DNA from: an archaeon
GTDB lineage: Archaea; Iainarchaeota; Iainarchaeia; Iainarchaeales; CSSED10-239
Direction: 5' to 3'
Length of the DNA stretch: 32,000 nucleotides
Assembly: GCA_041657425.1 (NCBI GenBank)
Contig: JBBABY010000003.1
Span: 30,001 to 62,000 of the forward strand
The notes below the pieces were generated by a model. That model had not been told where the DNA came from, did not search any database, and saw nothing but the letters and a program-made list of their open reading frames with translations. The translations under genes and the position numbers were made by a program. This document shows positions 21,272 to 28,788 of this stretch, piece after piece (the stretch's first letter is position 1; the number at the start of each line of letters is the position of its first letter).

Positions 21272-21493
21272 TTACTTTCTCCGGTAATAAATCAACCACT
21301 CATTATGATGTGGTTCTTTCACAACTCTCACCAGATAACCACGATTCCTCATATGATCGGCAACTTCGTCTGCTCCCGATTTGGTCATGATTTCTTCGTG
21401 GTATAATCGATAAACCTTGTCGTCAAAACGCTTGGTTCTCTTGTGCGGCTTTTCGCCGGGTTCTTTTTCGTTAAATGCACTGTGAGTTTTCAT
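21272..21493 (-). CDS. small-protein family member o
   Basis: An internal ATG has GAGGA upstream. DKVYRLYHEEIMTKSGADEVADHMRNRGYLVRVVKEPHHNEWLIYYRRK. Confidence 0.6.
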   Translation of the reverse strand: MKTHSAFNEKEPGEKPHKRTKRFDDKVYRLYHEEIMTKSGADEVADHMRNRGYLVRVVKEPHHNEWLIYYRRK

Positions 21494-21510
21494 GATTTCA
21501 TCCTCAATCT

Positions 21511-21690
21511 TTATTTCTTTCGTTTTGCAATCCAAATTTCGTATCCTTTTAATGCGGGGGTTGTAGAATCTATTGATTTTACTAGAAACCCCATTTCTTC
21601 TAATTCAACCGTATATTTGTTCACTTCTGTTTTTGTAAAGACATGTGAAAATTGTGAATAAATCCGATTCCCAAATTTCTTTGTTGTCAT
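21511..21690 (-). CDS. small-protein family member n (ORF extends to 21774)
   Basis: ATG 21690 has GGAGAGGG upstream. FGNRIYSQFSHVFTKTEVNKYTVELEEMGFLVKSID...YEIWIAKRKK. Confidence 0.55.
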   Translation of the reverse strand: MTTKKFGNRIYSQFSHVFTKTEVNKYTVELEEMGFLVKSIDSTTPALKGYEIWIAKRKK

Positions 21691-21842
21691 ATTAATCCCT
21701 ATTCCCTCTCCTTCTTCCACACAAATTGATGTTGAGTCCTGCGCAAACTTTTCGTGAATAATGTTGTAAATCATTATTTATGGTATGTTCGCGCGGTGCT
21801 TCTTGATTTCGATCTCGAATAATTATAATGCGGTCACCCATC

Positions 21843-22067
21843 TCATTTCACCTTACCCCTTACAGCCACACAGAAAGGATGAGCGCCATACAAACGATTT
21901 TCCTTAATGCGTGGAAATAGGATAACTTCTTTGTAAGTATTAGTCTTGCGTAACTTATTAATAAACTTTTCGGCATCTTGCTTCTTGGAATACATGCGAA
22001 TTATAGTAAAGATTTTATTACCGATCTTTTGTCTGATGCCGGGGTGGGCTTCCAAATAATTTGACAT
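21843..22067 (-). CDS. small-protein family member m
   Basis: ATG 22067 overlaps the upstream stop (TAATG). IGNKIFTIIRMYSKKQDAEKFINKLRKTNTYKEVILF. Confidence 0.6.
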   Translation of the reverse strand: MSNYLEAHPGIRQKIGNKIFTIIRMYSKKQDAEKFINKLRKTNTYKEVILFPRIKENRLYGAHPFCVAVRGKVK

Positions 22068-22228
22068 TAACTTCTCTTCACTCCTCTCCATTTACCATCT
22101 TTATAATGAAGCATCATTATTAATTTATGTCCAGACTTCTTGCATTTGGAATAATATTTCGTTGCCTCCGCCTTTGTGGGAAATATTTTTGCTTTTTTTC
22201 CTTCTGATACAACAGACCATTTTGACAT
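22067..22228 (-). CDS. small-protein family member l (53 aa)
   Basis: MSKWSVVSEGKKAKIFPTKAEATKYYSKCKKSGHKLIMMLHYKDGKWRGVKRS. It is below the ORF-track cutoff and abuts both neighbours. Confidence 0.45.
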   Translation of the reverse strand: MSKWSVVSEGKKAKIFPTKAEATKYYSKCKKSGHKLIMMLHYKDGKWRGVKRS

Positions 22229-22444
22229 TTAATCACCTTCAATAATAGTAATCACTTTATCCGCCCACACGCGATCAGAATCCTTTTCCTTATTTGTAAG
22301 TTTATTATATGGCGTCTCAATTTGTTCTTTCCAACGTTTAATATTTTCAGGAGTTAAATTATTGAGCATGTATTTTGTCCAATGCGCCCATTGCTGATGT
22401 TCTAGATCAGATAATTTTTCGCGTGTGGATTTAGAGATTTTCAT
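22229..22444 (-). CDS. hypothetical protein, weak RyR-domain-like pattern
   Basis: An internal ATG gives MKISKSTREKLSDLEHQQWAHWTKYML...TPYNKLTNKEKDSDRVWADKV (E..W...W .. pY..L...EK..DR). Confidence 0.55.
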   Translation of the reverse strand: MKISKSTREKLSDLEHQQWAHWTKYMLNNLTPENIKRWKEQIETPYNKLTNKEKDSDRVWADKVITIIEGD

Positions 22445-22448
22445 TATA

Positions 22449-22751
22449 TCACTTCTTCCCCATAGATGAAAAAGACATTGTTGCAAATACTTTTCCACCT
22501 GCGTTCAAACTTGGAGGAAACTCAACTCTTTCGCACCCATGTTTTCTGGCAATGGAAATCGCGCGTGTTGCTTCTTCTTTTGTCAGATATCGATAAGGAG
22601 GAGTGCGGTTTTTGGAAAGAAAAGAAATATATCCACGATAACCATGACCAGCACAACTTTGTTCAGTTTTATAACCCTTCTTATTTAATTCCAACACCAA
22701 TGATTTTATTTCGGGATCGATTGGTACAGATTTTGAACCATAATGTCTCAT
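22449..22751 (-). CDS. hypothetical protein (100 aa)
   Basis: ATG 22751 makes an ATGA overlap with the upstream stop. It contains LELNKKGYKTEQSCAGHG. Confidence 0.6.
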   Translation of the reverse strand: MRHYGSKSVPIDPEIKSLVLELNKKGYKTEQSCAGHGYRGYISFLSKNRTPPYRYLTKEEATRAISIARKHGCERVEFPPSLNAGGKVFATMSFSSMGKK

Positions 22752-23038
22752 GTTGCCCTCTTCCCCATCCGGCCAAAATCTACGTCTGAACTCCATCGTG
22801 CGCTGTCGCTCCAATGTCGGAGGTGTTTTTCCGCCCTCTCCCTTGCATTCTTCATATTCATCGCGCCTTCGGGTGGTTGAACAACAGTATGATTTCCCGC
22901 CCCCGGGTGACTATGAATAATAAGGTATTTCGGACGCACTTCCATGTTTAATCTTATAGCAACAAAAACATTTGGATTCTTCTTATGGGTATATATAGTT
23001 TTCGCTTTGTTTTCATTCCAGTTTGGGTATTGGGTCAT
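22748..23038 (-). CDS. hypothetical protein with HSHP motif (degenerate JAB/MPN-like?)
   Basis: 96 aa. The strand-rich N-terminus is followed by YLIIHSHPGAGNH. The S..D part of the JAMM motif is absent. Confidence 0.55.
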   Translation of the reverse strand: MTQYPNWNENKAKTIYTHKKNPNVFVAIRLNMEVRPKYLIIHSHPGAGNHTVVQPPEGAMNMKNARERAEKHLRHWSDSARWSSDVDFGRMGKRAT

Positions 23039-23041
23039 GAT

Positions 23042-23284
23042 CTACCTCTTCATATCTTTTACATATTCAAGAAACGTTAAATATGCAAATTTCTTTCCAT
23101 CTTCCGTTGATTTAAATCCTTGAATATTACGAAAAGAAAAAACACCCATTAAATCATCAGAAGTTATAAGAGGACTGTGACCACCTTTTTGTTTCCAAAA
23201 CATATTAAAGGCGTCTTTGGTGTTTGTGTAAACTTTTTGTGTTTGCCCCCCGTTTGCCTTGTTATAAATCACAATATATTTCAT
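23042..23284 (-). CDS. hypothetical small protein
   Basis: 80-aa ORF in operon context. Confidence 0.6.
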   Translation of the reverse strand: MKYIVIYNKANGGQTQKVYTNTKDAFNMFWKQKGGHSPLITSDDLMGVFSFRNIQGFKSTEDGKKFAYLTFLEYVKDMKR

Positions 23285-23412
23285 TCTCTACCACCAATCT
23301 TCCCTCTTGCTAACGTCTCCCAAATACTGAAGGGTTTAAGATATGTCTTCTGATCGGTTGCTACTCTCACTTTCGGTTCGCCTTTTAAATGGAGACGGAG
23401 AAGTTCGGACAT
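23281..23412 (-). CDS. possible 43-aa ORF
   Basis: MSELLRLHLKGEPKVRVATDQKTYLKPFSIWETLARGKIGGRE. It makes an ATGA overlap with the downstream gene. Confidence 0.35.
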   Translation of the reverse strand: MSELLRLHLKGEPKVRVATDQKTYLKPFSIWETLARGKIGGRE

Positions 23413-23414
23413 GA

Positions 23415-23618
23415 TTATACTATGGGTTCCATATGTTCAATCATACCATCAACACTTCGCTTTTGCACAATAGAACTACTTACACGTGACATGCCTTCAT
23501 AAGCAGCAAATTTTTGTTTTGCTTGTTTTACAGAAGTTGCGATGACAGGCCGAAAATGCGAAGTGCCAATAAATCCAATATAGAAAATTTTCGGTTCACC
23601 GGTTTGTGGTTTTGGCAT
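23415..23618 (-). CDS. hypothetical small protein
   Basis: 67-aa ORF. IFYIGFIGTSHFRPVIATSVKQAKQKFAAYEG is weakly family-like. Confidence 0.55.
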   Translation of the reverse strand: MPKPQTGEPKIFYIGFIGTSHFRPVIATSVKQAKQKFAAYEGMSRVSSSIVQKRSVDGMIEHMEPIV

Positions 23619-23624
23619 AATAAA

Positions 23625-23864
23625 TCACCACGGAACAGTATGTCTTTTATCAATAGTTGACGTGCCGAAAGTTGCCATACATTCATATTTAAAAGATTTC
23701 ATAGCGTCTTTCTTATTTCCGTAAAGCATTCCAATACTTTTCCCATTTTTCTTTACTTCGTATCCTGTATATGTCACACCGGGTTTCTGCGCATCTTTTA
23801 CAGTAACGTGTTCAAATGTAACGGTTCCATAACCTTTCTTTGTTTTGGTTTTGAGGACGGTCAT
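23625..23864 (-). CDS. hypothetical small protein
   Basis: 79-aa ORF. GYEVKKNGKSIGMLYGNKKDAMKSFKYE. Confidence 0.6.
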   Translation of the reverse strand: MTVLKTKTKKGYGTVTFEHVTVKDAQKPGVTYTGYEVKKNGKSIGMLYGNKKDAMKSFKYECMATFGTSTIDKRHTVPW

Positions 23865-23870
23865 GATATC

Positions 23871-24128
23871 TCACTTGTTAGCACGGTCAGCATTCAACAG
23901 CGCAACCGCACGCTTCTTCATAAGAGGGGTAACTTTGACCATTTTATCCCCAGTGGAAGTCGGATTGTGCGCTACGGAACCCAAAGGAGTGTCCACAATT
24001 GCTTGCAGGAATGTCAGAGGAATCTTTTCTGTGGTCGATACACCGAGCTGCTTGTGGAATACACCTTTACCAGCTCGCTTAAAGGCTTGCTGCATCCAGA
24101 GGTTTTGTTTTGTCATGTTCATCATCAC
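23871..24128 (-). CDS. hypothetical protein of a KG.LHKQLG...IP...L...RA.lA.N type
   Basis: AGKGVFHKQLGVSTTEKIPLTFLQ...LMKKRAVALLNADRA. I recall this pattern as recurrent in phage and bacterial small proteins, with unknown function. Confidence 0.6.
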   Translation of the reverse strand: MMMNMTKQNLWMQQAFKRAGKGVFHKQLGVSTTEKIPLTFLQAIVDTPLGSVAHNPTSTGDKMVKVTPLMKKRAVALLNADRANK

Positions 24129-24340
24129 CTTCTAAAATACACACCATAGTTTTCAGGTGTAACATCATCTTTTTTAATATTATGTTTAGTAACAACAGAT
24201 TTGAAACCCGCTTCTTCAACTCTTATTTTTGCGCGGGTTGCATCATATTCTGTGGAATACTTTTCATAAACCATTAATGTTCCAATGCCTGCTACTTGTA
24301 TTGTTTTCGGGTATCCTTTAACAATAATGGATTTGGGCAT
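24125..24340 (-). CDS. small-protein family member k
   Basis: YEKYSTEYDATRAKIRVEEAGFKSVVTKH...YGVYFRR. Confidence 0.6.
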   Translation of the reverse strand: MPKSIIVKGYPKTIQVAGIGTLMVYEKYSTEYDATRAKIRVEEAGFKSVVTKHNIKKDDVTPENYGVYFRR

Positions 24341-24362
24341 GGTGTTTATCTTTAATGATTAA

Positions 24363-24578
24363 TTATTTTTTTCTAATAAGCAACATTTCCCAACCGGGAG
24401 ATTGACTTTCTTTTCCTTTTACGATTCTTGCTAGATACCCAGATTCGCGATACTCTTCTGCCATCTTCCCCAATTTACCTTTTTCATTAGAAGAATATAC
24501 AGCAGTGAAATTCTTTCCGTCAATTTTCTTAATAAGATCCATTTTCTTGTTTAGTTTGTTCAATTTGTTTAATACCAT
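24363..24578 (-). CDS. small-protein family member j
   Basis: ATG 24578 has AAGGAGG 7 nt upstream. KKIDGKNFTAVYSSNEKGKLGKMAEEYRESGYLARIVKGKESQSPGWEMLLIRKK. Confidence 0.6.
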   Translation of the reverse strand: MVLNKLNKLNKKMDLIKKIDGKNFTAVYSSNEKGKLGKMAEEYRESGYLARIVKGKESQSPGWEMLLIRKK

Positions 24579-24615
24579 TTTATTTCCTCCTTTATAATAA
24601 TCCCAGATAGTCTGG

Positions 24616-24774
24616 CTACTCTCTATTCCCACCCCGCCCACCAAGGATATGTACCTTCCCCAATGGATTTTTTGACATCATAGTATTCTCACCATCGGGT
24701 TGAAGGGCAACTCTATCAGTTCCCCCACCCGCTTCCTTTGCACGGCTCATAAGGCCAAAGATATCGACTTTCAT
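24616..24774 (-). CDS. possible 52-aa ORF ending GGRGGNRE
   Basis: The internal ATG of ORF 24616..24852 begins 1 nt after the stop of 24776..24940. It is a paralog of that ORF. Confidence 0.4.
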   Translation of the reverse strand: MKVDIFGLMSRAKEAGGGTDRVALQPDGENTMMSKNPLGKVHILGGRGGNRE

Positions 24775-24775
24775 C

Positions 24776-24940
24776 TCAATCCCTGTTTCCACCTTTACCG
24801 GCAATGTTCCTAAATCTTCCAAGCAGTCCATTAGAAAGCATGCTTTCTCCACCAGAACCCGGAATACTATCTTGGCGTTCCTTCGTGTATCCAGCAGTGC
24901 GATCCATCATCCCTTTTAAATCCGGTCTTGTAATGCTCAT
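24776..24940 (-). CDS. possible 54-aa ORF ending GKGGNRD
   Basis: Its ATG makes an ATGA overlap with the stop of 24937..25128. The product is MSITRPDLKGMMDRTAGYTKERQDSIPGSGGESMLSNGLLGRFRNIAGKGGNRD. It is below the ORF-track cutoff and competes with the 5' part of ORF 24616..24852. Confidence 0.4.
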   Translation of the reverse strand: MSITRPDLKGMMDRTAGYTKERQDSIPGSGGESMLSNGLLGRFRNIAGKGGNRD

Positions 24941-25128
24941 AAAGTTCTAACTTTCCCGAGGATTTTACTTGTTTCCTCTTTGGTTTTACCCCATGCATTA
25001 TTTGCATCAAGCGGTTGCCCATGATGCTTATTATGGAGTATCACTTGATCAGTTGTATGCTCCATGTTCTTAAACCTTTTGGTTAGTTTTTCATTTTCTT
25101 CTTCTGCTACATCGAATAGGTGTTTCAT
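24937..25128 (-). CDS. hypothetical small protein
   Basis: 63-aa ORF with ATGA overlaps on both sides. Confidence 0.55.
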   Translation of the reverse strand: MKHLFDVAEEENEKLTKRFKNMEHTTDQVILHNKHHGQPLDANNAWGKTKEETSKILGKVRTL

Positions 25129-25325
25129 TTTTTCATCCTCCCATAAATTAGATATCCACCATGATCTTCTCTGCCATCAACAGAGCAAATCATAACTCCT
25201 TGTTCTCCAAGACGTTTCTTTTCAATAGAAACTGCTCGCTTATGTGGAACAACTTCTATAAATTCATATCTATGACCACGATATTCATGTGTTGCTGGAT
25301 AAGGAATTGGTTTTTTAGATTTCAT
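25125..25325 (-). CDS. small-protein family member i
   Basis: YRGHRYEFIEVVPHKRAVSIEKKRLGEQGVMICSVDGREDHGGYLIYGRMKK. Confidence 0.6.
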   Translation of the reverse strand: MKSKKPIPYPATHEYRGHRYEFIEVVPHKRAVSIEKKRLGEQGVMICSVDGREDHGGYLIYGRMKK

Positions 25326-25522
25326 TTCCTCTCCACCATCTTCTTCGTCTCTTTCTCCACACGCTCTACAACATCAGAAACAATCTTTTTCATTGATTCT
25401 GCACTAGACATCTTTTTGTGTGCTTCACAATGCGACTTTGAAACGTCTTTGTGTAAAGTGTTATATTTTAATACATCAATAGGATTGGTTTTTTCCAATC
25501 CGCTGATTATGAGTTCTTTCAT
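25322..25522 (-). CDS. hypothetical helical small protein
   Basis: 66-aa ORF with an ATGA overlap downstream. Confidence 0.55.
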   Translation of the reverse strand: MKELIISGLEKTNPIDVLKYNTLHKDVSKSHCEAHKKMSSAESMKKIVSDVVERVEKETKKMVERK

Positions 25523-25523
25523 T

Positions 25524-25778
25524 TCACTTCTCCCTCACATGTGCAGGAACATTATCCGCACCAACCGGATTGATATTACCAGTTGATGGGTGGAACTTAA
25601 AGAAAGCCCTGTTGCCCCCAGCGTGTGTTATAACAATATAGTTGTCTCCCGTTTCACTATCATATCTCGTTCCATACTTATCACCACGGAAGAATTTCAT
25701 TGTCTCGCGGTCGAAGAAATGACCACTTGATCGATTCTTCATTTCCTGTAATGTATATCTACGTGTTTTGCCGGTCAT
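25524..25778 (-). CDS. hypothetical protein with GHFFDRETMKFF motif
   Basis: 84 aa. The N-terminus MTGKTRRYTLQEM is paralogous to the N-terminus of 25782..25973. I recall the HFFd..tMrFF pattern as recurrent in phage proteins of unknown function. Confidence 0.65.
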   Translation of the reverse strand: MTGKTRRYTLQEMKNRSSGHFFDRETMKFFRGDKYGTRYDSETGDNYIVITHAGGNRAFFKFHPSTGNINPVGADNVPAHVREK

Positions 25779-25781
25779 GAT

Positions 25782-25973
25782 TTACCAATCCCTCACATGA
25801 GCAATTTCATTAAGATGTTTTCTATCCCACGCAATAAATATTCGTGGGCCGTGTCCAGCACGGTTTTTAGCGGTGTACATTGTACCCGATGTGCCATCGG
25901 TCAACTTGAGATCTTTAACCCCAAGATATCTTGCGATTTCTTTAATTGTGTGTTTTTGTGTTTTGCCGGTCAT
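25782..25973 (-). CDS. hypothetical small protein (N-terminal paralog of 25524..25778)
   Basis: MTGKTQKHTIKEIARYLGV... Confidence 0.6.
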   Translation of the reverse strand: MTGKTQKHTIKEIARYLGVKDLKLTDGTSGTMYTAKNRAGHGPRIFIAWDRKHLNEIAHVRDW

Positions 25974-26015
25974 TTTTTTAATCCCCCCAACTATCTGGAA
26001 TTACCAGATAGTTCA

Positions 26016-26210
26016 TTAATATCGTTCTCCTTTTGGTGTATAACACCATTCTCCGGCTTTGTTTCTCCAAACTTCCCTACCATCATTAATTATAACACCT
26101 TGATCATTAGACCAACGATATATCTGATGGCGCTTTGTCCCTTTGGAAGTTTTATGTCCAAGTCTATTAACAACCCATATTTGTGCTGTAACTTTCTTAA
26201 GTTTTGTCAT
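26016..26210 (-). CDS. hypothetical small protein
   Basis: 64-aa ORF rich in Trp and basic residues. Confidence 0.6.
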   Translation of the reverse strand: MTKLKKVTAQIWVVNRLGHKTSKGTKRHQIYRWSNDQGVIINDGREVWRNKAGEWCYTPKGERY

Positions 26211-26220
26211 TTCTTACACC

Positions 26221-26367
26221 TCAATATTTCTTATCCACACGCCACCCTTTGGCGACTTGCACAACTTTAGCACCCATACCGAGAGATCTTGCTTGTTTTG
26301 CAATCTCCTGTGCTGTTGATTTTAAGTGGTGAATTGTTCCACCTTTTGAATATCCGCCATATATAGT
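26221..26367 (-). pseudogene. small-protein family member h lacking its own in-frame start
   Basis: TIYGGYSKGGTIHHLKSTAQEIAKQARSLGMGAKVVQVAKGWRVDKKY is in frame with the upstream gene across a single TAA (26368-26370). The nearest ATG (26358-26360, with GAGGGG 10 nt upstream) is off by one frame. Confidence 0.4.
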
Positions 26368-26580
26368 TTAATCCCCTCTTACCTTTGTTGGTTCTCCACC
26401 AACCATTCTCCACTGCTCATATCCACGATATGTTGGAGCATCGTAGCGCATAATGAGAATGCTTCGCTTCCTTCCGGTTCTTAATTCGGTCTTTGCACGG
26501 TCCACCGCCGTGGATTTCTTTTCAAAGAAGGCGTTTCCACCGTCTTCGCGAATTCCTTCTATCATATACTTCTTAATCAC
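26368..26580 (-). CDS. small-protein family member g
   Basis: FFEKKSTAVDRAKTELRTGRKRSILIMRYDAPTYRGYEQWRMVGG. Confidence 0.6.
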   Translation of the reverse strand: MIKKYMIEGIREDGGNAFFEKKSTAVDRAKTELRTGRKRSILIMRYDAPTYRGYEQWRMVGGEPTKVRGD

Positions 26581-26584
26581 GGAA

Positions 26585-26785
26585 TCATCCCCTCTCCTTG
26601 CTTCTTAACCACAGTGTGTAATAATACACCGGGCTGTTAATTCCAATGTCTCTTTTCTTTTCAATTCTTACAAGCATGTTTCTAGACGCTCTCATTTCTT
26701 TCGCTGCCTGCTCTGCTTCACGCTTGTTTGGAAAGTCGCGATATGGTCCGCGATATTGTTTCCCATCAAATACTTTAATCTTCAC
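26585..26785 (-). CDS. small-protein family member f (GTG start)
   Basis: GTG has AGGAGG 8 nt upstream and makes a GTGA overlap with the upstream stop. FDGKQYRGPYRDFPNKREAEQAAKEMRASRNMLVRIEKK...YYYTLWLRSK. Confidence 0.6.
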   Translation of the reverse strand: MKIKVFDGKQYRGPYRDFPNKREAEQAAKEMRASRNMLVRIEKKRDIGINSPVYYYTLWLRSKERG

Positions 26786-26958
26786 GGAATCATCCTCCTA
26801 ACACGCTCGCTGTCTTTTACTACGCGGGCATTTGCTTTATGATAATTTTCATTTGTTTCATCTGCATATCGCTGTGCTCGCCATTTATCTTCAGTAGTCC
26901 AATCAGTGGCAAGACGTTTGCCCCGATTGTTAGTCATTGTTACACGATATTTTGTCAT
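26782..26958 (-). CDS. possible 58-aa ORF, weakly family-like
   Basis: MTKYRVTMTNNRGKRLATDWTTEDKWRAQRYADETNENYHKANARVVKDSERVRRMIP. GGAG is upstream. It is below the ORF-track cutoff. Confidence 0.45.
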   Translation of the reverse strand: MTKYRVTMTNNRGKRLATDWTTEDKWRAQRYADETNENYHKANARVVKDSERVRRMIP

Positions 26959-26959
26959 T

Positions 26960-27178
26960 TTATACTCCTTTGATTTTATCCTTAATAAATTCTTTCACAT
27001 AATCTGGAATGTTTTCCGACGACCACGAAATCCTACCGCTTTTCATAAGCAGGAATTGATATTTCAGATCATCTTTAGCAATCCACCCTTCTATATAAGC
27101 GCGCTCGTGTGTTGACTTTGGAACTTTTACTATCTCAACTTTCCAGTTTTTGACTTTGTAATCGTGTACAGTGGTCAT
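26960..27178 (-). CDS. hypothetical small protein (paralog of 27175..27399)
   Basis: ATG 27178 makes an ATGA overlap. The C-terminus ENIPDYVKEFIKDKIKG parallels GSIPTYIKNKVKTAF in the upstream gene. Confidence 0.6.
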   Translation of the reverse strand: MTTVHDYKVKNWKVEIVKVPKSTHERAYIEGWIAKDDLKYQFLLMKSGRISWSSENIPDYVKEFIKDKIKGV

Positions 27179-27399
27179 TTTACATTCCACCCATATCCTT
27201 TTGCAAATGCAGTTTTCACTTTATTCTTTATATAAGTTGGGATAGAACCGGGATAATCATAAGCAATCTTTTTGTTGTATGGATACATAATTGCATAATC
27301 AACAAATGCTTTGGTTCTACTTTCTATACGAATTTCATGATGTCTTTCGTTTGCCCATGATAGAATCCACTGATCATTCTTAAAAATTTGTGTGGCCAT
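27175..27399 (-). CDS. hypothetical small protein
   Basis: 74-aa ORF. See 26960..27178. Confidence 0.6.
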   Translation of the reverse strand: MATQIFKNDQWILSWANERHHEIRIESRTKAFVDYAIMYPYNKKIAYDYPGSIPTYIKNKVKTAFAKGYGWNVK

Positions 27400-27401
27400 T
27401 C

Positions 27402-27638
27402 TTAAACCCTCGCTCCTTTAGCAACAAACACTCCATATCGAAGTCGCCCTGCTTCCGGACCAAGATCCACAACAATAGCAAGTGTCATATTGTTTGGATA
27501 CGTGCGCCCCGCTTGTGTTCCCAAGTCACGCGCTGACGCTTTTGCAGTCTGCACGTTTTCATATGCATCATAAATCGAATAAATGTGACCACGGAATGCA
27601 TATCGCGTGGTGTCTGGTGATTTTGCTCTGTGGATCAT
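27402..27638 (-). CDS. small-protein family member e (divergent)
   Basis: FRGHIYSIYDAYENVQTAKASARDLGTQAG...LAIVVDLGPEAGRLRYGVFVAKG. Confidence 0.6.
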   Translation of the reverse strand: MIHRAKSPDTTRYAFRGHIYSIYDAYENVQTAKASARDLGTQAGRTYPNNMTLAIVVDLGPEAGRLRYGVFVAKGARV

Positions 27639-27639
27639 T

Positions 27640-27807
27640 TTAGTTCACCATATATTTATTAGCAAGTCTGTTTCTTGCAGCAGCAACTTCATTTGCTTGA
27701 TCTTTATTCATAATGTCGATGGCTTTAACATATTTACCACGGATCTTTCCACCGTTTACATGCCAACGATCAAGTTTCTTTGATTTCGTTACTTTAAATT
27801 TTGCCAT
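27640..27807 (-). CDS. possible 55-aa basic ORF
   Basis: MAKFKVTKSKKLDRWHVNGGKIRGKYVKAIDIMNKDQANEVAAARNRLANKYMVN. It makes a TAATG overlap upstream. It is below the ORF-track cutoff. Confidence 0.45.
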   Translation of the reverse strand: MAKFKVTKSKKLDRWHVNGGKIRGKYVKAIDIMNKDQANEVAAARNRLANKYMVN

Positions 27808-27992
27808 TATGCCTTCTCCCTCCTCTGAATCATCCTATGTGAATACTTCTTTTCATTGTCACGATAATCTTTAAGTCTTTCTTTTGCTTCACGGTAATTT
27901 TCTGTGGAAATAAGATCGTCCCATCCATATCCATAATTACCCTGCACTACATAAAGATATTCGTATTTGTTGTGTGCTGCTTGTAGGGTCAT
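27807..27992 (-). CDS. hypothetical small protein with QGNYGYGWDD motif
   Basis: YEYLYVVQGNYGYGWDDLISTENYREAKERLKDYRDNE. I recall this pattern as recurrent in phage genomes, with unknown function. Confidence 0.6.
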   Translation of the reverse strand: MTLQAAHNKYEYLYVVQGNYGYGWDDLISTENYREAKERLKDYRDNEKKYSHRMIQRREKA

Positions 27993-28204
27993 TGCTTTCT
28001 CATAGGAACTTTAACAAGTGACTTTTCCGACCACGTTAAGTATTGTCCTTGTGGACCATGCACCTTATAGTGCCAACCAAGATGTCCTTCAAATCTATAA
28101 TCGATGTGTCCAATTTTCCCAATATAATATGACAATTCCTTTACTTTGACAACATCCCCTATTTTATATTTAGGTTTTCTTACATTTCTCCCATTGTAGT
28201 ACAT
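27989..28204 (-). CDS. hypothetical small beta-rich protein (SH3/KOW-like pattern)
   Basis: KYKIGDVVKVKELSYYIGKIGHID... with an ATGA overlap. Confidence 0.6.
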   Translation of the reverse strand: MYYNGRNVRKPKYKIGDVVKVKELSYYIGKIGHIDYRFEGHLGWHYKVHGPQGQYLTWSEKSLVKVPMRKQ

Positions 28205-28206
28205 TT

Positions 28207-28440
28207 TTAAATCACCACAATCCTCCCGCCTCTAGAAGAGGTGGGAACTAATGTAATTTTGTTGTTCTCAAGATCTTTACGAATTTCTGATTGCCCTACA
28301 GATACAGGTACAGGATCTTCCATGTCTCCAAGAATCTTCACTTTGTAAGGAAGTGTGCGACCACCTACACGACGGCCCTTTGGGACGGTCATTGTGAGGT
28401 TGCCACCAGCGCGGGAGTAGCGGCCTATTTCTATACTCAT
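28207..28440 (-). CDS. hypothetical small protein
   Basis: 77-aa ORF in operon context. Confidence 0.6.
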   Translation of the reverse strand: MSIEIGRYSRAGGNLTMTVPKGRRVGGRTLPYKVKILGDMEDPVPVSVGQSEIRKDLENNKITLVPTSSRGGRIVVI

Positions 28441-28601
28441 TTCCTAATCCTCTTCACAATCTTTTTCTTCGCTGCATCCACACGCAAAATCTCACGTGCT
28501 TCTGGTTTTGTCATCCCACCCATTATTAATGCGCCTTCATCGCTCATTTTGAGTGTTGCTTTTGCAATTTTAACTTGGTGGTTCCAAAATACATCGGGCA
28601 T
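28437..28601 (-). CDS. hypothetical small protein (54 aa from internal ATG)
   Basis: ATG 28601 has GGAGGAAG upstream and lies 3 nt after the upstream stop. The product is MPDVFWNHQVKIAKATLKMSDEGALIMGGMTKPEAREIL. Confidence 0.55.
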   Translation of the reverse strand: MPDVFWNHQVKIAKATLKMSDEGALIMGGMTKPEAREILRVDAAKKKIVKRIRK

Positions 28602-28603
28602 GA

Positions 28604-28786
28604 TTACTTCCTCCACCCACGATAAACCACGTATTCTTTTCCAACTTTCTTTATAAAGCTGTACCAACCGTTCTTTTTTAAGTATTCTTTTTCACGCGTT
28701 GCTTCTGCTTTTCTAGAAACAATTGCACCGCGCTGATATTCAATATTTCCTTTTATAATTTTTAACGGGCCGTAATTTGTGGTCAT
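28604..28786 (-). CDS. small-protein family member d
   Basis: YQRGAIVSRKAEATREKEYLKKNGWYSFIKKVGKEYVVYRGWRK. Confidence 0.6.
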   Translation of the reverse strand: MTTNYGPLKIIKGNIEYQRGAIVSRKAEATREKEYLKKNGWYSFIKKVGKEYVVYRGWRK

Positions 28787-28788
28787 GA

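Noticed and set aside
22748-23038. JAB/MPN metalloprotease, suggested by HSHP
   Set aside because: The JAMM motif needs H-x-H-x(7)-S-x-x-D plus an upstream Glu. The Ser/Asp part is missing, so I report only the motif in the feature list.
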